Positions 9,861 to 19,686 of a stretch of 64,000 nucleotides of DNA are shown one piece after another. The stretch spans positions 3,170-67,169 of the forward strand of contig DYOB01000003.1 in NCBI GenBank assembly GCA_020720765.1. Direction: 5' to 3'. Within the stretch, counting starts at the first letter, position 1, and each line of letters begins with the position of its first letter. This stretch comes from Borreliella garinii (GTDB lineage: Bacteria > Spirochaetota > Spirochaetia > JABEVK01). The position numbers were made by a program, and so were the translations under genes. The notes below the pieces were generated by a model. It was not told where the DNA came from. It saw only the letters and a list, made by a program, of their open reading frames with translations, and did not search any database.

Positions 9861-10904
9861 TTAAAACCCTTGTGCCGTTGGAACTTCTTTATTTCTGTCT
9901 TCGAAATCTCGCCAGTGTCTGACAGCAACTTTAGAGAGAAAGTTTTTAATAAAGCGCATTGCTGTATCAGAGCTGTCTTCCCGGTGAAACTGAACCGCCT
10001 CTGTGAGTTGTTTTTTTGGAAATAGATGCAAGTCCCTAAGGAATTTTGGTAAATCTTTTTCAAGTCCTGAAAGCGAGGAATAATCACCATTTCCGGACAG
10101 TCTGAGCATATGGGCGTTCAAACGCTGCTCGTACTGCCCTCGTTGGGGTATTACAAATATAGGTTTTCTCAAAGCTATACATTCCGAAATGGATTGATGT
10201 CCGGCGCTTGTGATGACCCCCGCGCATCCGGCTAAATCTTTCGCATAGTTTTTATCAGAATCCGGATAGAGTATATAGTTCGTAATACCCAACTTTTCTA
10301 AGGTTTTTAAGACCGGAACTCGAAACGAAGGTTTCAGAGAAACCACAAGATAATCTCCCCGGGTCAAAGGGTATTGCTGGAGCTCTTTTCGGACTATAGG
10401 ACCGCAGTCACCACCGAAAAAACTGATAAAAACCCGTTCATCGTACGGGCCCATCATTTTCTTAGCCACCATACCGGCCAAGATAGCATCCGGGGTGAAG
10501 TTCATGTATTTCACTACTATGCCAGGGTGGTTAATTTGAAGCACGGGGATATCCAAGTCCCTCGCCGCAGTAGGCATGTAGGGCTCGTAGTCACTGATAA
10601 TGGCCTCAAGTTCCAGCATGGCTGTGAGCCGTTTTAATCGTTTTATATCCGGTCCTTGGTTCAACAACCCCCTGATACCGGCCTTTATGGCGGGCAACCA
10701 AAGAATTTTATCTTCTTTTTTTTCTAACACAAGCGAAGGAACAGTAAAGAGTGGAAGTTCCGAAAGATGCTTATGGATGAAACTATGCACCTCAACAGGA
10801 GCGAATAAGAAGAGGGTGTGTTCTGTTTTCAGCATTTGCGCAAAAGCTACCATGCGGGCAACGTGACCCCAGCCTTCACCGCAGCAAGACATTCCTATAC
10901 GCAT
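9861..10904 (-). CDS. GT-B glycosyltransferase (MJ1255/VC2487-like)
   Basis: GEGWGHVAR, IISDYEP, ITSAGHQSISE, PQRGQYEQRLNA. Confidence 0.85.
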   Translation of the reverse strand: MRIGMSCCGEGWGHVARMVAFAQMLKTEHTLFLFAPVEVHSFIHKHLSELPLFTVPSLVLEKKEDKILWLPAIKAGIRGLLNQGPDIKRLKRLTAMLELEAIISDYEPYMPTAARDLDIPVLQINHPGIVVKYMNFTPDAILAGMVAKKMMGPYDERVFISFFGGDCGPIVRKELQQYPLTRGDYLVVSLKPSFRVPVLKTLEKLGITNYILYPDSDKNYAKDLAGCAGVITSAGHQSISECIALRKPIFVIPQRGQYEQRLNAHMLRLSGNGDYSSLSGLEKDLPKFLRDLHLFPKKQLTEAVQFHREDSSDTAMRFIKNFLSKVAVRHWRDFEDRNKEVPTAQGF

Positions 10905-10981
10905 ATCACCCCCAGTATACTAACAATTCATTATTTTAGTGAGATTATTATAAACTTCCCGTGAGATTTGTGTTTTATATC

Positions 10982-11010
10982 TTGACGTTTAGTCTTTCAG
11001 GGGTTATGCT
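10982..11010 (+). promoter_or_regulatory. nadABC promoter
   Basis: TTGACG(10982-10987)-17 bp-TATGCT(11005-11010); AAGGAGG RBS before GTG 11066. Confidence 0.7.
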
Positions 11011-11056
11011 CTGATTGATTATAAGTCGGTCCGTGTTATGCTCTAATTGAGCATAA
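11004..11056. promoter_or_regulatory. Two 21-bp operator palindromes, NadQ-type
   Basis: TTATGCTCTAATTGAGCATAA (11036-11056, perfect 8-bp arms) and TTATGCTCTGATTGATTATAA (11004-11024), 32 bp apart. Confidence 0.8.
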
Positions 11057-11065
11057 GGAGGTCTT

Positions 11066-12022
11066 GTGAACATTCCCAACAAACTCAAAAACTTTATTCC
11101 ACTTTCGGAATGGCCTCTTATTGAACAAGATATCCTTGCTATCAACAAATTAAAACATGAAAAAGGTGCGGTAATTCTTGCCCATAACTATATGACACCT
11201 GAGATTTTCCATGGAATAGCCGATATCCGCGGTGATAGCCTCGCCCTAGCCCGTGAAGCAGTGGGTATCGACGCAGAAATTATCGTAATGTGCGGCGTTC
11301 ATTTTATGGCTGAAACGGTAAAAATTCTTAACCCTGGAAAAACTGTTCTGATTGCGGACCTTGCGGCAGGTTGCTCACTTGCTGAAGGTATCACTGCGGC
11401 CGATGTTCAACAGCTTCGGAAGCAGTATCCAGGTCTTCCAGTCGTTACTTACGTCAATACCTCTGCTGCTGTAAAGGCTGAAAGTGATATCTGCTGTACG
11501 AGTGGTAATGCTTTGAAAATCGTTGAGAGTCTTCCTGGAGACAGTGTTATCTTTTTACCAGACCGCTACCTTGCTGAAAATGTTGCTAAAAACACATTAA
11601 AAAAAGTAATTACCTGGACAGCCAGCTGTATGGTCCACGAGCGATTTACTCCAGAAGAACTTCAAATGATGCGTACTTCCTACCCGGGGACGGTTATCCT
11701 TGCCCATCCGGAATGCCCGCGCCTTGTGGCTGATAACTCGGATTTTACGGGTTCTACAGCCCAAATGGTTCAATGGCTTGAAAAAAACAGGCCCCCAAAA
11801 GCCCTTCTCCTCACCGAGTGTTCCATGAGCGATAATGTAGCCATAGATTTTCCGGATATTGAGTTTGTCCGTCCGTGTAACCTTTGCCCCCACATGAAAA
11901 GAATTTCTCTGACTAAAGTTCGACGAACACTTGAAAATCTGAGTCCAGAGGTCCTTGTTGATCCGGGGATCATTCCCCGCGCGAGAAAAGCTATAGAAAG
12001 AATGCTTGAGGTGGGAAGATGA
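11066..12022 (+). CDS. nadA: Quinolinate synthase
   Basis: ILAHNYM, GDSLALA, CGVHFMAET, AGCSLA, YVNTSA, CMVH, AHPEC, CPHMK. Confidence 0.96.
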   Translation: MNIPNKLKNFIPLSEWPLIEQDILAINKLKHEKGAVILAHNYMTPEIFHGIADIRGDSLALAREAVGIDAEIIVMCGVHFMAETVKILNPGKTVLIADLAAGCSLAEGITAADVQQLRKQYPGLPVVTYVNTSAAVKAESDICCTSGNALKIVESLPGDSVIFLPDRYLAENVAKNTLKKVITWTASCMVHERFTPEELQMMRTSYPGTVILAHPECPRLVADNSDFTGSTAQMVQWLEKNRPPKALLLTECSMSDNVAIDFPDIEFVRPCNLCPHMKRISLTKVRRTLENLSPEVLVDPGIIPRARKAIERMLEVGR

Positions 12023-13596
12023 CCAATTTTTCCTGGATTGAAACCCACGAGGCGGTCATTATCGGCGGTGGTGCGGCAGGTCTTACCACGGCTCTTTCCG
12101 CAGCACCGATGAAGGCCCTCGTCCTGGTTCAGGGTGATGATTATCTACACGGATCCACAGCGCACGCCCAGGGCGGAATAGCCTCGCCCACCGACGACGA
12201 GGACGTCCTTCTCCACGGTAGGGATACATTAAAAAGCGCCGCCGGTTCCGCCATCCCCGAAGCGGTGTCCATTCTAGTAAAAGAGGGACATGCTGCAGTT
12301 GCCTGGGTCGCAAAACACGGCCTCGTCTGGGATGTCCGTCCTGACGGAAAGGTCCTTCTCGGCCGTGAAGGCGCCCACAGTAAAAACCGGATTCTCCACG
12401 CAGGAGGGGACGCCACAGGGAGACACGTTTCGGAAACCCTTTATCACGCTGCAAAAAAAAGCCCGTATCTGGAGCTTCGCTATAGGGCCCGAGTCGTACA
12501 GATAACCCAAGATGAGTTTGGTATTTCAGGGCTTGTGGTCCACTGGGAAAAACACGGGCTTGGCTTTATCCACACACGAAAAATCGTTCTGGCAACCGGT
12601 GGTTATGGGGGCCTATTCCGCCCTACTACAAGCCCCGCACTTTCAACGGGCGAAGGCCTATTTCTCGCTGCAGAACTGGGCTGTCCCCTGCAAGACCTTG
12701 AAATGATCCAATTCCACCCAACCGCGCTGGATGTTCCTGGCGACAGGAGCCTCCACCTTCTCACAGAGGCCCTAAGGGGTGCAGGAGCTCGATTGGTGAT
12801 GGTAGACGGCACAGATTTGCCCATCAATCATCCTCAAGGCCCGCTTGGTCCTAGAGACATCGTTGCACGCGCCATATTTGAACAAAAATCCAAAGGCCTT
12901 TCTGTTTTTCTCGATGCCCGCGGGGTTTCCAACGCAGAAACCCGGTTTCCTACAGTATCAGTCTTCACACAAGCATTCGGGTTGATGCTTTCAAGAGACC
13001 TTATACCCGTAACTCCCGCCGCCCACTATACCATGGGTGGAGTTGCCGTTGATCTGAATTCGCAGACGCCTATTCCAGGATTATGGGTCGTAGGCGAGGC
13101 TGCTTCCAACGGAATTCACGGCGCCAACCGCCTGGCAAGCAACTCACTTCTCGAGTGTCTTGTTTTTGGCCGGAGAGCCGGTAAAACACTTAAAAGTACC
13201 CGGAACTTAAAATACCCCTCCTCCCAATTGCCCCCAGGCAAAATGGTCTATAGTATAAAAGAAGCAGACCCATCCGCACTCGATGCACTAGGTACCTTGC
13301 TTTTTTATTACGCCGGTCCTGTACGAACGGAAACACAGCTCAACCTCGGTATCCAAGCACTAAACGCGTGGATGGTTCAATGGCTTGATTCCAAGAAACA
13401 GAACCTCACTTTGAAACGGGCTTTCCATTTGTCCCTTGGGATTTTTGAATCTGCCCTAGCCCGCACAGAAAGCCGTGGGGCTCATTTTCGCTTGGACTAT
13501 CCGGATAGCGATCCTGCATGGGCCAGGCTCAATAGTTGGAAATACGCTTTTTCCGACCCGCTGAGTTTTATCGGAAAGGCAAGGAACATCGCTTGA
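12019..13596 (+). CDS. nadB: L-aspartate oxidase
   Basis: GGGAAGL FAD motif, AQGGIA, QFHPTAL, TEALRG, AAHYTMGG, HGANRLASNSLLE, ESRGAH. Confidence 0.95.
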   Translation: MTNFSWIETHEAVIIGGGAAGLTTALSAAPMKALVLVQGDDYLHGSTAHAQGGIASPTDDEDVLLHGRDTLKSAAGSAIPEAVSILVKEGHAAVAWVAKHGLVWDVRPDGKVLLGREGAHSKNRILHAGGDATGRHVSETLYHAAKKSPYLELRYRARVVQITQDEFGISGLVVHWEKHGLGFIHTRKIVLATGGYGGLFRPTTSPALSTGEGLFLAAELGCPLQDLEMIQFHPTALDVPGDRSLHLLTEALRGAGARLVMVDGTDLPINHPQGPLGPRDIVARAIFEQKSKGLSVFLDARGVSNAETRFPTVSVFTQAFGLMLSRDLIPVTPAAHYTMGGVAVDLNSQTPIPGLWVVGEAASNGIHGANRLASNSLLECLVFGRRAGKTLKSTRNLKYPSSQLPPGKMVYSIKEADPSALDALGTLLFYYAGPVRTETQLNLGIQALNAWMVQWLDSKKQNLTLKRAFHLSLGIFESALARTESRGAHFRLDYPDSDPAWARLNSWKYAFSDPLSFIGKARNIA

Positions 13597-14432
13597 TCCT
13601 TTACCTGGAACAGTATGAAGGACTTTTAAGAAAGGCCTTTGAGGAAGATCTTGGAACTTCGGGAGATTGGTCTTCCAACCTGATTTTTAATAACGCGCAG
13701 AAAGGGAAGTTTATACTCCGCGCAAGGGAGTCCGGCGTTTTAGCAGGTATCGAAATCGTAGCCTCGGCGTTTCATTTTCTTTCACCAAGTGTCCAGGTAT
13801 CAATCTTAAAAAATGATGGTTCAACCATACTTTCCGGTGATGACGTTTTAGTTGTAGAAGGCCCCCTCGTACCCATCCTTACCTCGGAGCGGACGGCTTT
13901 AAACTTTCTCACGCATCTTTCGGGTATTGCGACGTTAACCCGTGCTTTTGTAGAAAAAGTCCGGGGGTTTTCATGCAGGATAGCCGACACCAGAAAAACC
14001 CTGCCAGGACTTCGTTCCTTAGAAAAATATGCCGTCAGGATGGGGGGCGGGGTCAATCATCGGTTTGGACTTTACGATATGATCATGCTGAAAGACAACC
14101 ACGTTAAATATTCCGGAGGCATCGCCCAAGCCGTAAAAAAAATCCGGGAAAAAATTGGCCACTCTATGAAAATTCAAGTAGAAGCAGACACCCTTGAACA
14201 GTTTTATGAAATTCTGGATAGCGGCGCAGATTGCGTACTTCTTGACAATATGACCCTCGATGAACTCAATACCGCCACCTCAGCAGGAAAGGGAAAAATC
14301 ATTCTAGAGGCTTCGGGAGGTGTAACGATCGAAACCGTTAGAGGCATAGCAGAAACCGGTGTCGATATCATCTCCGTTGGACGGCTTACCCATAGCGCCC
14401 CCGCTATGGACTTCGGTCTGGATGCAGGGTAG
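13593..14432 (+). CDS. nadC: Nicotinate-nucleotide pyrophosphorylase (carboxylating)
   Basis: ERTALN, DTRKTLPG, NHRFGLYD, KDNH, LLDNM, EASGG. Probable TTG start at 13593 overlapping the nadB stop. Confidence 0.95.
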   Translation: MILYLEQYEGLLRKAFEEDLGTSGDWSSNLIFNNAQKGKFILRARESGVLAGIEIVASAFHFLSPSVQVSILKNDGSTILSGDDVLVVEGPLVPILTSERTALNFLTHLSGIATLTRAFVEKVRGFSCRIADTRKTLPGLRSLEKYAVRMGGGVNHRFGLYDMIMLKDNHVKYSGGIAQAVKKIREKIGHSMKIQVEADTLEQFYEILDSGADCVLLDNMTLDELNTATSAGKGKIILEASGGVTIETVRGIAETGVDIISVGRLTHSAPAMDFGLDAG

Positions 14433-15593
14433 TTACGGTAATTTATCCAGAATTGCTTGTGCTTTGAGTTTGAGAACAGGTGCGTAATTCATAGCGGTAA
14501 ATTCCATCAGTGCTTGCTTGGTCCGCGGATCTAAAATAGCTTCGAAACTGGATAAAAGTTGATTGACCATGCGGTAGGCCGTGTCGTTATTCCCACCTGC
14601 AGCCTGTCGTTGATTATATTGTTGGAGTAGAGTCGTTAAATATGTAATGCCCTCGTCTGTTTTTCCCCTGGCAATTGCATCTATCAAGGAAGCAGTTTCA
14701 CTCCAGTCCCTATTGAGTTCAATAAGTCTGGAAAAAGGTACTACGATATCCGCTTCAGCCTGCGAATATTGCACCGCAAGTTTTGCCGCTTCCCGGGTAT
14801 AGAGTTCTATCAGCCGCGTATCCTCAAAATTAACAGGCTGGAAACTCAACCCGTGTTTTAATATTTCGATAGCCTTTTTAGCCTGGATCGCGGTATCACC
14901 TTCATTTTCTCGAAGGTAACGGACAGCTTGAATTCGGTACCTTAAGGCTTCCCCTGAAACTGCAAAGTTAGCGACGGTTTCGGTGAGATTCGACCCTAAT
15001 TTTTTCCAGGCTTGTTCTGCAACAACCTTAACTTGGGAGCGTGAAGAAAACCAGCTCCTGCTTGCTACAAAAAGCGCAGCAAAGGCTTCGGGTCTGCCCG
15101 AGGCTTCAAGGCCCTTAACTATTCCATAAGCAAATATTTCTTCATCCCTGCTTCTTCTTGTACTGTCTGAAAGACTTAAAAGCGTTTCTGCCAGATATTT
15201 CAAGGAATCGGTTTCACCTACACGTCCTAAAGAAAAATAAGCTTCTCCTCGTAAAATTGGTTCCCTAATCTCCCTGGTCAGTTGAAACAACACAGACTCG
15301 GCGGTTTTAACCTTGAGTTGGCCCAATTGTTGAACAAGTAAAAGTGCAAGATTTTGTTTGACATCCCTATCTCTGGGGGTGCCCTCTTCTATACGGCGGG
15401 ACACCAGATCGCGGAGAGTCTGTTCGAAGACCTCCGCATAGTCCGGGCTCGGAGCCCGTACCATTCGTTGAACAACATTGAGCCTTTCTTGATCGGTAAA
15501 ACTCCGTTTCAACAGGTTCGACATCTGTTGGGGCGAATCTTGTGCGTTCAAAACTCCGGACACAAGGAGGCAAAGCGCAATAAAGTTTTTCAT
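14433..15593 (-). CDS. Exported alpha-helical (HEAT-like repeat) protein
   Basis: Signal peptide ending LNA-Q; helical repeats such as LRGEAYFSLGRVG and KAQAILDKL; own promoter TTGAAA-17-TAAAAT 6 nt upstream. Confidence 0.65.
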   Translation of the reverse strand: MKNFIALCLLVSGVLNAQDSPQQMSNLLKRSFTDQERLNVVQRMVRAPSPDYAEVFEQTLRDLVSRRIEEGTPRDRDVKQNLALLLVQQLGQLKVKTAESVLFQLTREIREPILRGEAYFSLGRVGETDSLKYLAETLLSLSDSTRRSRDEEIFAYGIVKGLEASGRPEAFAALFVASRSWFSSRSQVKVVAEQAWKKLGSNLTETVANFAVSGEALRYRIQAVRYLRENEGDTAIQAKKAIEILKHGLSFQPVNFEDTRLIELYTREAAKLAVQYSQAEADIVVPFSRLIELNRDWSETASLIDAIARGKTDEGITYLTTLLQQYNQRQAAGGNNDTAYRMVNQLLSSFEAILDPRTKQALMEFTAMNYAPVLKLKAQAILDKLP

Positions 15594-15633
15594 TATTACA
15601 TTTTACCCCCAGTTGTAGGAGTTTTCAAGTGGA

Positions 15634-17409
15634 TTACGGATTTGTTGTGGGTATTTCCGGACCATAGATCGCTTCCCAATCGCTTTCCGGTGATTCTGGC
15701 TCTGCCTGGCCGGGGAATCCATTGGCCGCACGGGCATCCTTACCGTCATAACGGACAACCGCTTGGATTTTCCAGTTCGAAAGGTTGAGAACACTGGAGT
15801 CCACAGGTCCAGCTATTGTCAAGGAAGGTGACCATGTCATCGTAAGGGTTGCCTGGTTAGGTATTAAAGCCCAGTCGAAGACCATCGCAGTTTCCACTGT
15901 TTGGGTCCAAGCCCCCTCGGACTTGTTTGACGCAGGAATCTGGGTATATGGACCAGCGATTTGGCCCCCTCCCGCCGTTTTTCGGATGTTATCCTTGGCG
16001 CTGAGTTGATAATTCTCGGAATACGTGGCCAGAGTCCATGTTCCATTCAGGGTTAAACGGAATTCGGGAAAAGGTTCAAACCGAAACCGTACCCCTGCGG
16101 TATGTGCGTGGTCCATTCTGAAGAAGCTGCCGGTAAGGACGGGATCTTCAAAACTCACATTGCTACCATTTTTAAGAGTGCTCTCGGAATATTGCGCAGT
16201 GTAGTTTAGAAGATGGAAACCTAACTTAGGAATATACTGCAACCTAACCTGAACGACCTTTGTGGGACGGAAATCCAGCTCAAAAGGAAGCTGAACCCCA
16301 AAGTCAAACTCAGGTGCCATTCCGTAAACCGTGGTTCTGATTTGATAATCGCCGTTATCCCAAGCTGGACCAAAACTTGAATCGTAGTAATAGGTGGCGC
16401 TTTGGTCCATCGTTTGACCATAAAGCTTCATTTCAAACCAGGCGTCAAACTCTGGAATAAACCTTAAACGGTACCAACTTTGGAAAGCCGAAATGGCCCA
16501 TTTATCCAAATCGATCTCTGTTTCGACCATACCGTCATACCGCAACTTAACCCACGAAAAACTTTCGTTATGGGCAACCGAGTAGCTTTTTTGCAGGTTG
16601 CTGTTATCCTGCACGAAAATCGTTTCAGAATTATACTGGTCACCGGCCCCATCAAATGCCGCCAACGAAATTCCCGATGCGTTTAACACTGGCAACCCGG
16701 CTGGCGCACCTCCGGCTCCAAGAATACCAACGTGGAGCTTGTGGGAACTGTTAAGCCTTCCGACAGAGTATAACCATTCTTGGGAATCCAAAATGTCATC
16801 TGTTCGATTAACAAAGGGCTGGTTAAGAAAACTAAAACCAAATCCCAGCTTTATAGGAATTTCACCAGCGAATCGTTTTGACGTTAATCGTCTGTCATCC
16901 ACCCCCGGGTTCAAAATGTCGATCAATCCGGCGGTTGTAAAATGATGGTCATACTTCATTTCTATTGTTTCCCACCTACCGTAATCCAGGCCAGACCCAA
17001 AGGAAAATCCGAACGACGCTTTATCGCCGACAACATAACCTACGTATGCGTGTAAAATATTTTTAATCGGTCCCGCGGTAAAGCTATTTTCTTTGGTTTC
17101 ACGGCTCATACCACCTAAAGAGCCATCTCCGTTGGCGTGGTATTCCCTAGAAAGCTCGCTAACTGCTTGAGTAGCTTGGTTTTCAAACTCCCCGATAACA
17201 GATATCTTCCAATTGTAGGAGAGCGCAAAACCCAAACCGATATAAAAATCTTCCGCTACGTGGAGAGGGTCTACCAAACGGAAATTCAGCACATTCTTGC
17301 TGATTCCGGGAAGGTAGATTTCACTCTCTATGTCTCTTTCTTCGTCCCATGCGTGAATCTGCATAGAAAAACACAGCAGCACCAAGCCCGCTGTCGCAAA
17401 TTTTTTCAT
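15634..17409 (-). CDS. Exported hypothetical protein, probable outer-membrane beta-barrel
   Basis: Signal peptide ending IHA-W; many alternating aromatic/hydrophobic strands (FYIGLGFALSY, FDFGVQLPFELDF, FRLTLNGTW, WKIQAVVRY); AAGGAG RBS. Confidence 0.6.
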   Translation of the reverse strand: MKKFATAGLVLLCFSMQIHAWDEERDIESEIYLPGISKNVLNFRLVDPLHVAEDFYIGLGFALSYNWKISVIGEFENQATQAVSELSREYHANGDGSLGGMSRETKENSFTAGPIKNILHAYVGYVVGDKASFGFSFGSGLDYGRWETIEMKYDHHFTTAGLIDILNPGVDDRRLTSKRFAGEIPIKLGFGFSFLNQPFVNRTDDILDSQEWLYSVGRLNSSHKLHVGILGAGGAPAGLPVLNASGISLAAFDGAGDQYNSETIFVQDNSNLQKSYSVAHNESFSWVKLRYDGMVETEIDLDKWAISAFQSWYRLRFIPEFDAWFEMKLYGQTMDQSATYYYDSSFGPAWDNGDYQIRTTVYGMAPEFDFGVQLPFELDFRPTKVVQVRLQYIPKLGFHLLNYTAQYSESTLKNGSNVSFEDPVLTGSFFRMDHAHTAGVRFRFEPFPEFRLTLNGTWTLATYSENYQLSAKDNIRKTAGGGQIAGPYTQIPASNKSEGAWTQTVETAMVFDWALIPNQATLTMTWSPSLTIAGPVDSSVLNLSNWKIQAVVRYDGKDARAANGFPGQAEPESPESDWEAIYGPEIPTTNP

Positions 17410-17424
17410 CCAATTCTCCTTCTT

Positions 17425-19686
17425 TTACGGTATATAAATTCTGGCGACAACGGGCTCGTGGTCGCTGAGTATTCTATTGCTTTGAGTTTCATCGTAAAAC
17501 ACATCCCTATTTCTTCTGACAACATCCAAAACCGACCCTGTAACTGCATTGTTGGAAACCAAAATATGATCCAAACTTTGCGAATTCCCTAAATGGATAT
17601 ATGTATACCTTTCATTAACAGCGTTTTTGTTATGAAGATTGAACAACCCGGCTTCTTCAAAAATGAGCAAGGTCCTGCTGAAATGGTAATCGTTAAAATC
17701 TCCAACAATAATGACAATCGCCGCCGGGTCCAAAGCCTTAATTTCCCGCACAAAATTAGAAATGTATTCCGCACGCTGGTGCCGTTTTTCCTCTGAAGGC
17801 CTCAAGATGGGCTGATACGGCCCAAAAAAGGCCCCGTCGCCAATTTTACTGTTAAGGTGTGCTGCTATAAAAAAGACTTTTTTACCATTAAAAATAAACT
17901 GGGCGACAAGCGGCTTTCGAGTATAGTCGAATAAATCTTCCCCGGCACCTATTAACCCAGGATTCCACCCTAGTTCCGGCCCGGTTGGACCATTAGTAAC
18001 TTGTACAGACGTCTGTGCGGGATCTACACTTTCTGGCGGCGTCTTCAAATTAAAAGTCAAGTTTGGTGTTCTGTTGGTGCGATACAGGATAGCCGGTCTA
18101 ATGTTGGCGCCGGGGGCTCCCCCGTTTCTGTTATTGAGGGGTGCAACTTCCATGGCGGCATAGCCCGCTACTAATAAATCGCCCAGGGTGCCGGCACCGC
18201 TTACAGTACCATCATCCTGTTCACCCGAATCATCCTGGACTTCTACAAGTCCGATGATGTCGGGGCTGTTCAATCTCGTACCGGTAATTTCTGTTTTAAA
18301 TGTTAATGCGCGACTATCGCCTTTTGCAAAGTTTTCCAAGTTCATCGTGGCAACCAATAAATTCGTTGCGTCACCGCCCGGTTGGAGCGAGTCTTCCTGG
18401 ATAACACCCATATTATTAACTGCTCCTGAAAGAGCAAGTGTTCTTACCATAAAGGTGTTTCTGCTATAGTCCACCAGACCAGTCATAGAACCTATGGTAC
18501 TCCCGGTATTTACCAAAGGCATATTTCCCCTGCTATCAGCTGATGAAGGGGTTTGAGCAGGGTAGTCCAAGTACGAAAATCTGTATTTCCATTCGTATTT
18601 TATGATTTGGATTGTCCGTGCATTTGTTTCATTGTACGACTGAAGCAAGGCTCCGCCAGCCGCTGTCGTTTGAGCTAGAGAACCACCATCGGGCGAAACA
18701 TAAATGTCTCCATATTGGCTCGTTGGTTCCACTACTTTTAGGTTGGACATGGTGATGAGCATTCCTTCCAAACTTTCCCAAAAGTCTACCGCATTCAGTG
18801 CGGGGTTAAAATCCCAGGATTCGGCTTCAATAGTGCCTTCTATTACCGCGTGCCTTGCGGGTATGATGCGTTTTCCCGTTGCCGGGGTTACACCTACAGA
18901 AATTGCCGGCGGTATTTTCGAATCTGCGGGACCGGTACCAGCAAGAAGGATTTCCACGTTATCTTTCGAAGTGCGGATCCAGGTCCTGCTCAAGTTACCG
19001 TCATAGCCATAATCCAAGAAGGAAAAGTCATACCGGTTTTCCTCAACAATTCCTCTTTTAATGTTGACCAAGCTCCCAACAGGAACGGAAAAACTGGTGT
19101 CCTGTAAGGGAATATAAATAAATAGCCCTTCGCTTGTTTTTTCGTCACCGTCGGAGTTTTTTGTTTGAATATAAATACCGTACCAAGGTACAGCAAGTTT
19201 GTAATACTCTTGGAATTCCACACCCGTCACAATTCCGACGACATTTGTCACTTCTTGGTTTACAAAAGGAGAAAGGTGGGCCCGGCCTTGGATTTCCGGA
19301 ATTTTGTAAATGTCACCAACGGGGTTGAAGACCTCGGAGTTAAAGTTTTTTACCTCAATTCCATCAACAATCTGTCTGGAGTCCGATGCTGCGGCTGCGG
19401 AATAAACAAAATAACCATGAAGATCTACTTCTATGCGATAATCACCCGCCGGTAGTGAAGAAAAGGAATAACCACCACTCGCATCGGTGCGCGTTGACTT
19501 ATTCACAGGACCAAAGAGTTGGACGCTAGCTTCTACTAGTGTTGCAGGACCAGTTCCGTTATAAACGGTGCCTGTTATTTGGTGCGGTCCGGTTGTTTCG
19601 CTCCCCGGAATAGGAAAGGTAAAGGGTTGGCCACAAGCGCCGACTACCAAGATAAAACCGGCTAGAACACTCCATTTATGGATCAT
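17425..19686 (-). CDS. Lipoprotein extracellular nuclease (Ig-like + OB-fold + endonuclease/exonuclease/phosphatase domain)
   Basis: Lipobox VVGAC from ATG 19686 with GGAGG RBS; IPEIQG/TSEGLF OB-fold; NLENF, DIIGLVEVQD, GDFND, LDHIL, SDHEP. Confidence 0.88.
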   Translation of the reverse strand: MIHKWSVLAGFILVVGACGQPFTFPIPGSETTGPHQITGTVYNGTGPATLVEASVQLFGPVNKSTRTDASGGYSFSSLPAGDYRIEVDLHGYFVYSAAAASDSRQIVDGIEVKNFNSEVFNPVGDIYKIPEIQGRAHLSPFVNQEVTNVVGIVTGVEFQEYYKLAVPWYGIYIQTKNSDGDEKTSEGLFIYIPLQDTSFSVPVGSLVNIKRGIVEENRYDFSFLDYGYDGNLSRTWIRTSKDNVEILLAGTGPADSKIPPAISVGVTPATGKRIIPARHAVIEGTIEAESWDFNPALNAVDFWESLEGMLITMSNLKVVEPTSQYGDIYVSPDGGSLAQTTAAGGALLQSYNETNARTIQIIKYEWKYRFSYLDYPAQTPSSADSRGNMPLVNTGSTIGSMTGLVDYSRNTFMVRTLALSGAVNNMGVIQEDSLQPGGDATNLLVATMNLENFAKGDSRALTFKTEITGTRLNSPDIIGLVEVQDDSGEQDDGTVSGAGTLGDLLVAGYAAMEVAPLNNRNGGAPGANIRPAILYRTNRTPNLTFNLKTPPESVDPAQTSVQVTNGPTGPELGWNPGLIGAGEDLFDYTRKPLVAQFIFNGKKVFFIAAHLNSKIGDGAFFGPYQPILRPSEEKRHQRAEYISNFVREIKALDPAAIVIIVGDFNDYHFSRTLLIFEEAGLFNLHNKNAVNERYTYIHLGNSQSLDHILVSNNAVTGSVLDVVRRNRDVFYDETQSNRILSDHEPVVARIYIP

